DNA of 64,000 nt from Calcarisporiella thermophila CBS 279.70 (lineage: Eukaryota; Fungi; Calcarisporiellomycota), in assembly GCF_041956535.1 (NCBI RefSeq), contig NW_027192204.1:304530-368529 (forward strand). The letters run 5' to 3'. Below are positions 11,704 through 25,374 of this stretch, piece by piece (the first letter of the stretch is position 1; the number at the start of each line of letters is the position of its first letter). The position numbers were made by a program, and so were the translations under genes. Below the pieces are notes generated by a model, which saw only the letters and a program-made list of their open reading frames with translations, did not search any database and was not told the DNA's origin.

Positions 11704-13065
11704 TTATAACTCCTCCGCCGAGATTTCGGTCTTGGTCGGGCTAAGACGGTCCAGGTAGGTCTTTCCCCGCATATATGGAATCAGGTCGCAGTAGGCCTGT
11801 CGTATTCTAGAGCCTAGCTCCGCCCGTGCTTTCCACAGTTCGTCTGCCTTTTGCCGGTCGCCGGACTTCATGGCTGCGCACCACTTGCCCGTTAGGTCCT
11901 CGAAGTCTTCGATGATGGCATGGCGCTCTTTGAGTAAGGTGTTACGGGTTTCGGTGTCCTGCAGCAAATCGTTCTCACCTTCCACAGGGGGCGGATACAC
12001 CCACCGATATCCCTCATCATCGCCACCCACTAGGTTGGCGGGCAGGTATTCCTGATCAACGAACTGGAGCAACTCGCCCACGTTGCTCGTGAACCGAATC
12101 TTGCTCGCCACTACGGGATCAAACCAGAGCTTGATAATCCGCCACACGGCTCCGAAAAACCAGGGGGCGTTGTGGATAATCAAGAGACCCAATGACTCCG
12201 GGTAGTAGGCCTCGCAGCAGGTGACGATGAATCTGGCCAAGTCTAGGTCGAGATTCACCATGGCAACATTGGAGAGGTTGAAGACGATGCAAAAGGTTTC
12301 TACGGGCGGCTCCAGTAGGCTACGCTGCATCTCGAACTTGAGTAGAGTGGATTTCTTGAGAGGCTCTTCATCCGTGTGGCTCCTGAAATGGTTTTTGACG
12401 TCGACAAAGCTGGGGAAGTGGGGGCAAAGAGGATGATTCAAGTGAGCGGTGAGTTTCAAACAAATAATACATCGAGTTCATCCTTACCAGATAGGGCGAT
12501 TCCACTTGTCCACGCCGTGTAAATACCCCTTCGACACCTCAAACGACTCTCTCCAACCTTTCTCTCCGGTAGCCTTGAAATGCTTCTCCATCCCTAGTTC
12601 ACCTTGCGCAATCAGCTCGGGGATGTTTTCCTCGATATGGAATTTCTCAATGCTAATGAGTAACTGGAGGGCGGCCTCCACATTCCACTTTCTAGCGCGG
12701 AGATATCGTAGAAGAATCTGATCCGGCAATTCTTTGAAAGTGCATTCCCAGAAGGAGCGTTGGATATCGAACGGAGTGATCTCTAGGAGATGGTGGGGAT
12801 CCAGTTTCTCAGGAGACTGTTTTTCATCGGTCTCAGGAGCTTTTTCTCTCCTTGCGCCGCCGCTCAGCCAGCCGCCGAACGATGCTTTCTTAGCCGCGGG
12901 GGCTTCTTTGCTGTCCTCTTTGCCCGGGAACTGATCCCGACGAAAGACGTCTAAGACAGCCGTCCATAATTCGGAAAGCTTAATCATTTGCTCGGGGCTC
13001 AGGCGGCCGAGATGCCCCTCTGCGGTTCTCTGGTCTGCTGGGAGTGGTAACAGATGAGTAACCAT
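11704..13065 (-). CDS. CRAL-TRIO/Sec14-family lipid transfer protein (Csr1-like), 2 exons
   Basis: PDQILLRYLRARKWNV, GVDKWNRPI, EAYYPESLG..IHNAPWFF..VW..IK.WFDPVVASKIRF. Confidence 0.9.
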
Positions 13066-13667
13066 GGAAGGATGGTAGTGGAGCTAATGACAGGGGCGAG
13101 AAAGAGAGGCGTGGTAGAGGGGAAAAAGGAAATAGCCAAGAACAGAATAATAGAAGAGACAATAAAAATAGGGAGCAGGGACAAGGAACCGTTTCTGTTT
13201 CTTCCTTGACTTTGCCTCTAAACGTTCCAATTAGAAGGGCCTTGGGCACAAGAAACCGAGAGGCCACGTGAAATTTCCATGTGCACTCTGAAACCGCCCT
13301 TTCCATCAGGCACGACGGGTCCAATTCCTGCGGGCCTACGCACCATTATGGAATTCTGCATTCTAAAGGGAGGGAAAAACGAAATAAACAGCTTGCAATC
13401 GGGAAACACGCTTTAAAGAGGATGCAATGAAGCGAAAGGAAAGAGACGAAAGTCTGACATGAAAATAGGAAAAGGCTGGAGGGGTCGTTCTCAGAGCAAC
13501 GGGGGAGATAAAACTAAGTATACGAATGGTGGGAGACTATACAAAGACAGAGTAGGCGGATAAATAATATAGATAATCGTGATATCGATATGTATATAAA
13601 CAGGTTTTCAATAATAAAAACACAGGTATTGTGGAATCTGAACATGTTGGGAAACCTAAATGGCCGC

Positions 13668-15311
13668 TTATCTAAGCATCTGGGTAGGAATCCGAGCAGG
13701 CCTATCTGATGCGACTGAGGTTGAAATGGCGGGGGGGAAGTGTGGATGGGATGCAGAGAGAGGGGGTGGGGAGAGGGGAGGTTGCAGGCATGAGAACTGG
13801 CTTGCATAGTTGCTGAAGAGCCTTGTGAATTCATGGTTACTGCTGTCTTTTCTGGCGTCGTGCGAGAATCGGGTCGCTGAAGAGGGCGGGGGCGGCAGCG
13901 GGGGCAGTGCAGCGCGCTGGGATGCAACTCGAGGTGAGCTGGGGGTGTAGGCCATGGAGACGGAGAAGCTGGTGGTGAGAGGCGAGGGGGTGTGCGGGGG
14001 GGTAGGATCCAGCATCAGTTTCGGCGGCTCACCAAGCCCGTGCCTCTTTTGGAGCAGCTGGGTTACCAACGGTGCGGCCGGAAAGTGAGTTTTCGGCTCT
14101 GGATATTCAGGATTGCTTGGGGCCATTATGTCATCCTCCATCTCCTTTGCGGCCGCTTCCTCGCTTCTTCTTCTCCTGAAAAGACATGAAGATCAGAATC
14201 CAAGTTATACTAAGCCCTGATTTTTTTTTCTTTTTGGTGCTGAAGCCGTGGAATCGGCCTTCAAAACAAGGGACGCTTACATTGCCTGGGCGCGATTTTC
14301 CTTGCGGATTCGCATGCGCACCCCTTGATCCGAGAACATTCTTGTAAGAAAGGTAGATTCTACAAAAAGCTCACAGCTGCTTAGTTGTCATACTCTGGCA
14401 CGTTTTCACCGTCTTCTCCTCCCTCCTTTTTTTGTTCATCGGCTCACCTTGCATTCCCGGGAACAGCTTTGGGGCGTACACAACGAACACGTCGGAATAC
14501 ACACTAGTTCTATAAATGGCGGCTTGTCTGAAGAGTAGCACAGATTAGTGACGAAAGGGGGAGAAGGGGGGGGGGAGGTGCTTTTTCAGCGTCGACGCGT
14601 ACCTCTTGATCTCATAGAGCGTGAACTTGAGCCTAAACGTCCCCTCCAGCCTCACCGAGATGTCGGGGTAGACGAAGAAGCCGCCATCTATGCGAGGGGG
14701 AGGGGTGTTAAAGCTGAGGATGCAATCCTCCGGGAGGGCTGGCTGGGGCACTTACCGGAATTGTCCAGGTCCTTCAATTTATACAGCGATTGTACCACCG
14801 TCCCGACACATACTCTATTTCCCCCAAAATAATTGATCTCCCGAAAGGAATCGGGCTGGACCACATTGACATACAGGAAAAAATAAGGGTTCTGCAGATA
14901 GTTTCTGTTATAGTGAAGCGGATGGAGGCATCAGCGTAATCTTATTCTTCTTCAGAAGGGGCTTCTATGGATATACAGACTCATTGGGGTCCCCCTCCGC
15001 CACAAGCTGAACAATGGGGGGCGGATCGATGGGCCGCCGGTCCACTGGATAGGCAAAACAGATAGGAGCGGGTGAGCTCTATGCGTCGAGAAGCCGCAGC
15101 GGCTAATTACCTTTGTCGCGGAAGCTGCACAGGCGCGCCTGCCGGGGCTGCTGCCGAACTAGCAGCGTGTATCTGGAGAGAATGAGCAGGTAGAGCGTCA
15201 GCATTAGCATCGGCGCATACAGGGACAGAGATGCCTAGATTGATGTCACCTTAGTTGCTGGCCGGAGCTGATTTGCTCGAAGCTGGATTCCTCGAAGGTC
15301 CGTTTCTTCAT
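13668..15311 (-). CDS. Velvet-domain transcription factor, about 8 exons
   Basis: Spliced MKKRTFEE...[103 protein letters not shown]. Confidence 0.92.
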
Positions 15312-16333
15312 TTTGCATTAATGATGAGGGGCCAATGGGGGGCGGGATTGAGATGGGGGAGAGCACGAGCTTAAAATAGAGGCCAAGGGCGGGAGAGGGG
15401 AAGAAAGAGGGCACAAGGGGAACCAGGAAGCCAGAATGGCCAGAAATTGGTTTTTGACACGGGAAACCCGAGCGCGAGCGCAAGGCCTACGTCGCTCAAC
15501 TCTAAACCGGCAAGCGCGCACAATGATGCCAAATCTACCAGAATAGTAAGATTCGGTATTTCGTCTTGCTCAGCAGCACTGTGCATGGTGACTGGCTCGG
15601 AGAATATAACCAGAACTCTGCCGACCACGCGAAAAGTCTACCCCTCGAGTGGACTGGCGGCGTTCCCGCGGAGCTCTGGAAAAAGGCAAAGGGCCGGCTT
15701 TAGGTTAGGTTTTGTGGTTTCTTCTCGCGACGGTTGTTCACGCTTGCATAAACCGGTGCAACCCGGCTTGTGAATCCTGATTTTTCTCTCCCTTCTCGCT
15801 CCATGCGACTGAAGATCGTTCCTCCAGCAGAGTTCCCGGGGGAGCCGACCCCTGCTGCCCCTCTCGCCGCGCAGCCTCGTGCACAAGCTTCCTCAAAGCA
15901 TGGATATTGTTCAACCAAGTGATCCAGCCCAAGCGCCCTCCGGCACCCGCTGCTTCCTCCCTCCCCAGCTAACTCAACTTTAAGGAGTGCTTTCTTTTTT
16001 CCAGTCAAGTCACGGCCTGGTCGCATTTCCCGAAGCGGCTCAAGCCTGTTCCATCTAAGCTTTCATCCCTGATGGGCCTTGCAAGCCGAAATCACGTTTC
16101 TGCGCAAGAGCGAGGATGCGTTTGGCTCTAGCGCAATATAAGCACGTTTAGTACTTCTTTCCACCCCATCTAACGGGCTTTTTCCAAGCTGTTTGGAGGG
16201 AGATGGGGGGAGCATGGTCGTTTTTTTTCTTTCTCTTTGGCCACAAAAAAGCACGCCAAGGCTTTCATTACAGGACAATGCCATTCAATATAATTATCCG
16301 CTTTAATGGTGGTAATGAACAAGTAACAATAGC

Positions 16334-18048
16334 TTAAACCGAAATTGTTTTGAAGATGTTGAAACCAGTGTATGCTGTTGAGATGACACAGCCTGGAATC
16401 TGGCGATGCCAGTGAATCTCTTTGATGTGTTGTTGGCCCTGGGATGCGGGGAGAGGTTAGGTTGAGCCAATCTTAAAGGAAAATGTTAAATAAAAAAAGC
16501 AGGCGTCCTCACCTGATGCACGAATAAGAGCTGCGGAGGAACATCCTTTAACTCGGGAGCGCGGCTCTTCTCCTCCTCCGGATCCTGTTCCACCGAGAGA
16601 TCCCAGAGGGTGACTTGGTCGTCGGCGCCAGACACACAGAGCACCGACTCTTCACTAGGGTGCCATTCGATAGAGGTGATGGGCGCCTGATGCCATTTGA
16701 AGGTGGCCACCGGCGTGGGCGTTTGCTGCGAGCTATGCTCGGGGAAAATTAGAAAGGTGAAATTAGACATGCCCCCAAGCAAGTAGGAAAGAAAGCAATA
16801 TACTTTGAGAACGTGCGCAAGTCCCAGATGTTGAACACGCCGTCGTCTGCACCCGATGCCAGCAGATACCCGACCTGTTTATTCCAGCTCATTACGTTCA
16901 CATCCGTGTCACTGGCACGTATGCAGATGGCCTCCTTCTTTTTGTTCCGCAGGTCCCATATCCGAACCGTACCGTCCGCGGAGCAGGAGGCAAACACATT
17001 CTTCTCCGATGGTGACCACTGTATATCCTCTACGGACGAGGTGTGTCCTTTGAACGGAGTGCGGTCTATCGTGTAGGAGGAGGAGGTGCCGGTGGTGAGG
17101 TAAATGTTGCTGTCGCAATCGCCGGTAAGTAGGCGGCCGGGGGTGGTGGGCGACCAGTCGAGGGCAAAGCCTTCAGTTCGGTGGGCATCGATGGTGAAAA
17201 TGGGAGATTGGGCAGCCGGAGGGATGGGCGTGCCTGGAGAGTCAAGCGAGGCAATCACCGGGGCAATATCCCAGAGGTGAACTTTGCCAGTGTCGGCCCA
17301 CGTGGCCGTGACATGCGCATCACGCTGCGGCATTGTCCGTACACGGTTCACACCGCCCTTGTGCCGGATGCTTCGATGCTCAAGGATGGGGTCTTCGTCC
17401 AGGTTTTCGTCCTCTTCGTCATCCGATAAATCTAAGAAAGAGGGGCATCAGTCGGAATACGGCTTCCCTTTCAAGCTCAAGAGGTATATTCACCATCATC
17501 ATGCTGTGTCTTGTGTAAATCAGTCATCTTCATTACTATCACCTCGTTATTATCCGGCTTGTCTGCCTGTGTTCCAGTCACGACGTAAGCTGTCGCAGGA
17601 TACTTGAATGCAAAAAAAAAAGAATTGCCGAAGATGACGTGAAAAGTTGGAATATATCAATGCTTACTGTTGATCGCTCATCTCCAAGCCGATCCCACAA
17701 AACATCAAAACTAAGACATGGCCATTTCACATTCATTTTATGTAGCATCACGTATACCGACTGATCCACCTCGAGAACCTCGTCTTTTTCCAGCTTTTGT
17801 CCCGGCAAATAGACTCGTACATCCTCTGGCTTTTCTTCCTCTTCTTCCTCCTCCATCGCTTGCTGGTCGGTGTCCATGCCATTCATATCTTCGTCTCCTC
17901 CATCGACAACCTGTTCCTCCTCCTCATCCCATTCATCTTCCCACTGATCTTCAAAGTCACCCATCTCATTCTCGCCGTCCATTTTTACATCCTCCTCTCC
18001 GGGTCTGCGCCGTGCCTCCTGGATATCTTCGGCCACTCGTTTTGACAT
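16334..18048 (-). CDS. RRB1: Ribosome assembly WD40 protein Rrb1/GRWD1
   Basis: Acidic N-terminus, [45 protein letters not shown]-terminal [14 protein letters not shown]. Confidence 0.94.
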
Positions 18049-18146
18049 TGTTTGCGGCTATTATTATGATCGATTCAAGAGACTATTAACCTCGAACCTC
18101 TTCACTATTTCAAGTCGGAGGTTGAATTCGAAGAGTAAACAACCTC

Positions 18147-18154
18147 TGACGTCA
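18147..18154. promoter_or_regulatory. CRE/ATF-type palindrome TGACGTCA
   Basis: Perfect palindrome 99 bp upstream of the RRB1 ATG in a divergent intergenic region. Confidence 0.35.
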
Positions 18155-18544
18155 CGCATATGAAGGCTCTTTTCAAAGTCACGTTTTACAGCGTTCGGTT
18201 TTCTGGAAATCTTCATCTGTAAGCCGCGAAATCAACCCACTTCTAACTCCGTTTCACGTAATAGAAATTCTTTAGCGTCTTGTTCTGTGCGTAGACACGC
18301 CCATGTGGGAAAAGAGGGGATCGCCATTTTGACTTTTGAATTTTTACTCTGTTTAATATTCCCTTAATTCTCCGTATACCCCTCATCACGGTTATTTAAC
18401 CGCCGTCTTATATCCTCGTAAGACACCCTCAATTCTGCACGCGTATGCTTTTGTGGGAACAAAAAAAAACAAATAACGTCATATACGCTCCATTCGTGAG
18501 ATTCAGTATTGGTAGCATTACCTTAACGGCCAGCTCCTTCTCCC

Positions 18545-21228
18545 ATGTTAAAACTGATCGCCTCCCTCGGCAAGAAAGAAAAGGAAAGGCGATTCTTTGA
18601 GCAGCCCCAGCAGACGCAACAGCAAGCGAGTGTGCATCGGTCAGCGTCTTCTGCGTCGAAACCAGAATCGACTGCCCCCTCTTTACGCAGCGCTTCTACA
18701 CAGGAAAACGTTCAGTCCGTAGGACAAGGTCTTTTTCTTTCTGGAGGCAACCGTTATTACACTCTGAATTAACTCAACCCTCTCTTTGCTACCTTTTTTA
18801 TTATTAATCTGTTCTGTGCCCAATCATAGTAACAACAAACCCTGCATCTGTACCCTATCCACAATTCAATCCATCACCAGCGCAGTTACATACAATTCAA
18901 CCGGAGAACATTCCACCATCAGCAGAGCAGAACCAACCACCACAGCAACCACAGCAAGCACCACAACCACAAAATCAAACGGCAACAGAGAACAATAATA
19001 TGGCAAATATTGGGCATGAATTTATGGATGGCGGCATGCATGGACTTGGCATGGGAAGAACCCCGCTTCTTCCGTCTATACCTCCCATGGGACCGATGGG
19101 CCAGGTGCCTGGGGGAATGATGGGACCAAGTGGAGCGGGCGTGCCGGGAATGGGCATGCTAGGTCATTCTGGAGGCATCCCCCCTATGGGTGGCCCGGGT
19201 AGCATGATGGACCAGCCAGGAGTCGGGATGATGAGCGAAGCACATGGAGGAGTTGGTTCAATGGCTGGGATGGGGCAAGCCGGCCTGGGCCCTCTGGGAA
19301 TGGGCCCCTCTCCTGGCATGCCACCCATGAATAACCTCGGGGGAATGGGAGTGATGGATGCTGGAGGCGGCCTCGGGTCGATGGGAGGCGCTGCGAGGAT
19401 GTTTCCCATGGCACAAGGTGGAATGACGTCGATGGGAGACTCGGGTGGGATTCCTCCGATGGGCCAGGGGATCCCAGGGCCGAGCCAAGGGGGGATGTTC
19501 CCGCTAGGGGGTGCGAGGGGATTCCCGGGCATGGGCCAGAGCGGGATGGGCGCAATGAATCCAGGAGGAGGCATGCTAGGACAAGCCTCGGCGATACCCC
19601 CAATGCACATGATGGGATATGGTCCATTGCCTGCGAACGAGCTCTTTGATCAGATGGGCTCCCCTTCCACACCGCGCGCTGGCTCTATGCCTCCTCCCCC
19701 TCCCCACCCTATGACACCCAAAATGATGCCGGCTGGGATGGGAGGACAGTTCCCACACCCTCCGCCTCACCTTCCACCGCTGCACCCAGTGCGACCCCCT
19801 CTCTCCCGCACCAACAGCACTTCTAGTGCGCGAACCATGCCCGATCACCCAGGAGCACCCTTTGATCCCTTTATGAGAATGGAGGGGTCCCCGGGATTCG
19901 AGCCTCCGGATGGCATGTTCATGGGCGGGGGCTCTCCGCTGTTTAATGAACACATGAAACCGCATACCGTGCCCATGATGCCAATGCACCGCCGGCGGCC
20001 TCATCGCCTGCAGCGTAGTATGTCTCACCATGAGATTCCCCCGCCGCCACCGCACCTGTTTATGCCTCCACCACACCATGGTCCTTTCATGCCCGGTGGC
20101 GTCAGCGGCGGCGACGGCGAATTGGAAAATGCAGGAAAGGATATGCCTGCTACCTCGTCCCCTTTCTTCCCCCCTGGGTTTATGCCCCCTCCGCCCCCGA
20201 TGCCTTTCCCACATCCATTCATGTATGGACCCCATCCCCCCTATTCGGGGATGCCGCGCCCGGAGCCGGATGAGAGCGAGGGGGGACGAGGAAAAGCCTC
20301 TTCGTTGCAGCGCGAGGGTTCGAGGAAAAGTTCAAGGATCGTGGACGATAAATCCGACCGAGGTAATTGGCCGGCAGGGCCTTTTCACGCTGAAATAAGT
20401 GACCCGGACATTGATTTTTCTATTTTTTTATATATTTTGCCCATCAATTCTGAATCTTATGGTGATGCAGCCACTGGAGACAAACGCTCTTCCATGCCTC
20501 CCCTTCGCCCACGTGCCAGCTCCATGAGATACTCTACTGGCGGCCCGTCTCCCTCCTCGGCACCCATTACCTCCCAGCCAGCCTACTTCTCCCCTAGTCC
20601 CAACACGGGGCCCGACGCGGCCGGGGATGAGGTGCGCTCCGACGACGAGATCGAGGTGTTGCGGAAGCAGCTCAGCGATTTGCAGGTGGAGCGAGATGAG
20701 TTCTATAAACAAGAATCAGAACACCGCAAGCGGGAGCAGAAGATACTACAGAAGTTGGCGCGCGGGCAAGAGGAACTGCAGCGTGTGCTTTCCAAGCGGG
20801 GGCTACACTCGACAAGCGCCGGACGAGACCGAAGGGAAGACTACTACCCGCCCATACGAAGATCCCGATCCTTCCACCGCTACTACAACCCCCCGTCCCT
20901 CCGCGACTACTACCGGGATGAGTTGGACGACGACGAGGAGTTTTACCCGGGCGATTACTACTATGACAGGGACGTGTATGCGATGCCTTCCCCGTCCCAG
21001 CGGCAACGCTACGCGCGGGCCAGCAGGCAAGAGTCGAACGCGAGCTCGTCCGAGGCAGAGGAGAAGGAGCCCACTCCCAAAAATGGTGAAGAGGCGCTGA
21101 AAAGAGAGGGTGAGATGGCCGCTCGAAAGCAGAAGGAAGCCGACCCGGTGCAGCAAGACACTTCGGCCGCCGATGCAGCCAAAGATTATAGCAGGCAGCG
21201 GCATCGTCGTCGACAGAGTTGGTACTAA
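18545..21228 (+). CDS. Gly/Met/Pro-rich disordered protein with C-terminal coiled coil
   Basis: Exon 18545-18728 splices in frame into a Q/P-rich exon continuous with the 742-aa ORF. Probable in-frame intron 20363-20470. Heptad segment IEVLRKQLSDLQVERDEF. Confidence 0.8.
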
Positions 21229-22004
21229 GCCTCAGCCTACGATCATCTGATTATGTAGGATCGGCTTTTTTTTATTGTTTTCAATTGATTTCTTACTAAT
21301 TCTCGGGGCAGAGGGAGATATATTTATTTCTATTTTTGGTGTTCTGGTTTTGTTTTTGTTTTTTAAAGTGCAATTTACCCCTATTTCTAGGCATGGTGAT
21401 CCTGCGAATGGACCCATTTATTATTTTTTACCATTCCCCTCCTGTTATGCGCTATTTCTATTCCCCAGGCTATATCTCTATTTCTATGTCTATCTATATT
21501 TATATCCTTATAATAATCGACGAGTGTGTGTTTCCTTGCGTTTCCACTTTCATGCCTAGTCTTAGAATATATATACACTACCTTTGATACAGTATTCTAC
21601 TTTTTGGGGGGAATGCCTAGTGTCTGTCTCTCCATACTTTACATAATATGTAGCGCGAGCTTGAGCTCGGTTTCAACCTTTAACTCTATTGTTTACTTCA
21701 ATACAATTTCATCTCTTTTTGGAGAAAAACTTCGTGTTTTCTGCTTTTATCATGAATAAACAAAATAGCACAATTGCATATCCAGATAGACCCAAGTAGA
21801 AAGGAGGCAGGAAAAAAAATACAGTATAAAATCATGGATGTGGAAAGCGGGGGAGAAGAAGAGAGAGCCTGTGGAAAAGCATTTGACAAGGAAGAGGCGT
21901 AGAACAGCCATAGAGGTCGAGGAAGAAACATGGGAGAAGGGAGAAGGAAAGGTCGCCCCATCATTCTAGAGAGAATAGAAGATTCTTAACGCAGTTTTCG
22001 TGGT

Positions 22005-24702
22005 TTAGGGTGCACTCGGGCCCATCTCGTCACTGACAATCCCGGCTAAGAGTTGTTCCACCTCTCCGACCGATTCTAGGTAGAACTCGGCCTCGGTTTG
22101 TTTGCGTCCCACCGTGCACGTTACGGCACGGGGAACATCCCGCAGCAAGGAGAACACAACCTCATCGGTCTTGCCATCGCCAACACACAGCAGGAAGTCT
22201 ATCTCGTCCGCTCCCTCCGACTGCTGCTTCAAATCCCTCAGAATGGCACGGACCGCTGTGGACTTGTCAACAGAAGAGGGCCGCAGCTCTAGTGTTTTGT
22301 TTCCGTGGACGATCGCGAGGGCCATGTGCGACATCAGCTTCTCCAGATTGACCTGGAGCTCTTGGGCCTGCCAAGTTCCAAACTCCGGGTCGGTGTTGCG
22401 ATAGTGCCAGGTGAGGTTGATCTCTTTCTCCTCGATGAAAGAGCCGGGGGTGCGCTCGGTATAATGCTGGAAGAGCGGGCGGATTGTCTCTTTCCACTAT
22501 TGAATCCACAATGACAAACGAAAAAAAAAGCACGCTGTGGTCAGTGAGCCGTTCACTTGTTAACTATATTGCGTACTTACCGTTGGGTCAACCTGCTCCA
22601 CAAGCCGGTACCATCCTTGGCCTTCTTCCTTCACCACCTTTCCTTCGGCCACGACCGCCATGGGGTCAATTTGCCCACGCAGAGAGACCGGGTGCTTATA
22701 GAAACATCCGTGCTCAGCCGAGAGTCCCACGCCTGTTTCTTGGAACCATGCATCCAAGTGGTGACGGCCGCGGCCAGACAAGATGTAAACGTAATATCCA
22801 GGCATGGAGGCCAGCTTCGTCAGCGTGGAGATGATCACACGCGATGGCTTCGCTAGCTCTGGCAGGCGCTGTGGCGTGGTTAGAGTTCCGTCGTAGTCGA
22901 GCAGAATGACGCGCTTCTTTGCCTTGTGAGCCGAGGCAATTACCTCCGCGGTGTTGAGACGAGGAAGATTGGCCACTCGGCTGAGCTCCTCCGTTACATG
23001 GCGCAACTCCTTGATGAAACTGATGCCCCAGTAGGCTGCGGTGTATTTGGTGACATAGCGGTAGAGTTTCTCGTGATTTGCCTTTCGCTCTGGTTCGGGC
23101 ATGGTAACCGCCTGGTAGATAGCTTCAGCAAGCTCTTCCGTGTTCCAAGGATTAACGATGATCGAGCCTAGAGTGCAGAAGATTACAAGAGACCGAAATA
23201 TAAAGAGAAAAAAATTAGATTTCTGGTCCCACCCCCCACCTCCCCCCAAAAAAATACAAATACAAGTCCATTCTTACCGTTCAGAGACTGAGCAGCACCG
23301 GCAAATTCGGACAAGATCAAAACACCATGCTTAACTTGCTGAGACGCGATGTACTCATATGAGACGAGGTTCATGCCATCCCGGGTGGAGGAGACGAGGC
23401 AGGCATCAGAGATGGCATACAACGCGCACAACTCGTCGAAAGGCATGGACTTGTGCATGAAATGAATGGGGGCAAACTCCACTGTTCCAAATCTGCCGTT
23501 GATTCGGCCAACAAGCTCATTGACTACGGCGCGCAGATTTTGATACTCCTCCACGTCCTGTCGGCTGGGCACTGCGAGTTGCACAAGTACCACTTTGCCA
23601 ACCCACTCGGGGTGTTTGCTCAGAAAGACCTCCATCGCATGCAGCTTTTGGGGCACGCCCTTGATATAGTCAAGCCGGTCGACACCGACGATAATCTTCA
23701 CGTCGGTGAATTTCTCTTGTAATGCGCGGATACGGGCCTGCACCTTATCCGTCGCGATCATGTCTGTGAATTTTTGCGGGTCAATTCCGATAGGGAACGT
23801 GCCCACATACACCTGGCGCCCATCATATTCGACGCCATTGGGCATGGTTGCGAGCCCAAGGATACGCGTGCACGAGGAGAGGAAATGGCGTGCATAGTCG
23901 TATGTGTGGAAACCGATCAGATCACAGGAGAGGACGCCTTCCAAGATTTCACGCCTCACGGGTAGAATCCGATAGATCTCACTCGACGGGAAGGGAGTAT
24001 GCAGGAAGAATCCGATCTTCACCTTTGGCTTGTCTGCCAGACGTTCCCTCAGCAGGCGTGGAAGGAGCATGAGGTGATAGTCCTGCACCCATACGAGATC
24101 ACCGTCCTGCACACTCTCACAGATTGTGTCTGCGAACGCCTCATTCACGGTCTGATATGCTTCCCAATAGGATTCATCGAATTGAATTTCACCGGGGTGG
24201 TAATGGAAGAGCGGCCAAAGAATGCTGTTCGAAAAGCCGTTGTAGTGTGCGTCTGCTAGTTCATCGTCTACAAAGACAGGAATGCACGAGTGCTCTTTGA
24301 TAAGGCGGCTCTGCACTGTATCACGCTCTTCCTCCGGAACATCGATACCTAATAAAGCATGCAATTGATGAGTACAGAAATCACTTTGTGGTATTCGGAA
24401 CGGTATTGATACGGGAGGATAAGAAACAGAAATGAAAAAAAAAAAAGAAACAGATGTCATATGAAATTTGAAAAAGAAAAGTGGTAGAGCTTACCTGGCC
24501 ACCCACTCCAAATGAAATTCATTTTCTGCTTTAGTCCACTCAGTGCAGAAACCAGCCCACCCGATGACATCTTGAAGTGGTATTTTCCATCCTCATCCTT
24601 GGTGATCGTGACAGGCAAGCGATTGGAAATGACATGCAGCCTCAATTCGGGCTGGTCGCTATTCGGGCTGTGGCTGCTGGCCTCTGTGGGTTGTTGGGAC
24701 AT
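22005..24702 (-). CDS. TPS1: Trehalose-6-phosphate synthase with fused C-terminal HAD trehalose-phosphatase domain, 4 exons
   Basis: SNRLP, SSGGLV, HYNGFSNSILWPLFHY, QDYHL, DRLDYIKG, RDGMNLVSYEY, then LDYDGTL, LSGR, VDKS, GDGKTDE. Confidence 0.93.
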
Positions 24703-25374
24703 GGTTTATAACGAGTCGGCTGAAATAGGGGGGAATAGTGAGAGAGGGAAAGAGATAGGGAAATTTATTTCGAGAGAGAAAGAGAAGAAACTAATGGAAA
24801 TGTCTGGATATCGCGAGAAAAATAGGCGGACAAAATTTTCAACTTTGGCGTTTTAACGAGCACTTTTAGGAACCGGGATTGCTGACTGGCCCTTCCACGT
24901 GCAACGTGGGATCCAGAGCTAATTATCGGCTGCGGAGGCCGGGGACGGCCCCAAAGCTAGCAGCCAGTATGAAAATATCGGCTGCAGCACCGGCCTTTAT
25001 CCCCCCAACCCTTATCTTTCCGCGATAAGCTCCAGAAGCGCACTGTCTATATACAGGTGTCACCCTGATGGCTCACTAAAGCCTATTTGACTGCGGGAAC
25101 AGGCATCGATTATCTCCCAGTCACCTGAACCATTGAGAAACGTGCCAGGACGAGGGCTGGGTAGAGAACAGAAGACAAGGTTCGTACTTTATTCTTGTAT
25201 CAAAGGAGAAACCATGGGGATCGTAATAATAAGAAATCATCGAAAAATGCAAAAGTGGTTTCCAAATCATTGAGCTAATGTTACGGATATAATAAATTAT
25301 GCAGTTATAAATACAAGACATTGCAGTGTGGTGCATTAGTGCAATTTTCAGATCCCCCCTCCCCCGCAGCATCG

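Noticed and set aside
19164-21204. Many antisense and alternative-frame ORFs over GC-rich genes (also in AQR, SPT23-like, NST1)
   Set aside because: Shadow ORFs of GC-rich or low-complexity coding sequence with no recognisable motifs
13668-24702. Velvet plus trehalose synthase as a functional cluster (VosA regulates trehalose genes in Aspergillus)
   Set aside because: Separated by unrelated genes. One co-location in a gene-dense genome is compatible with chance.
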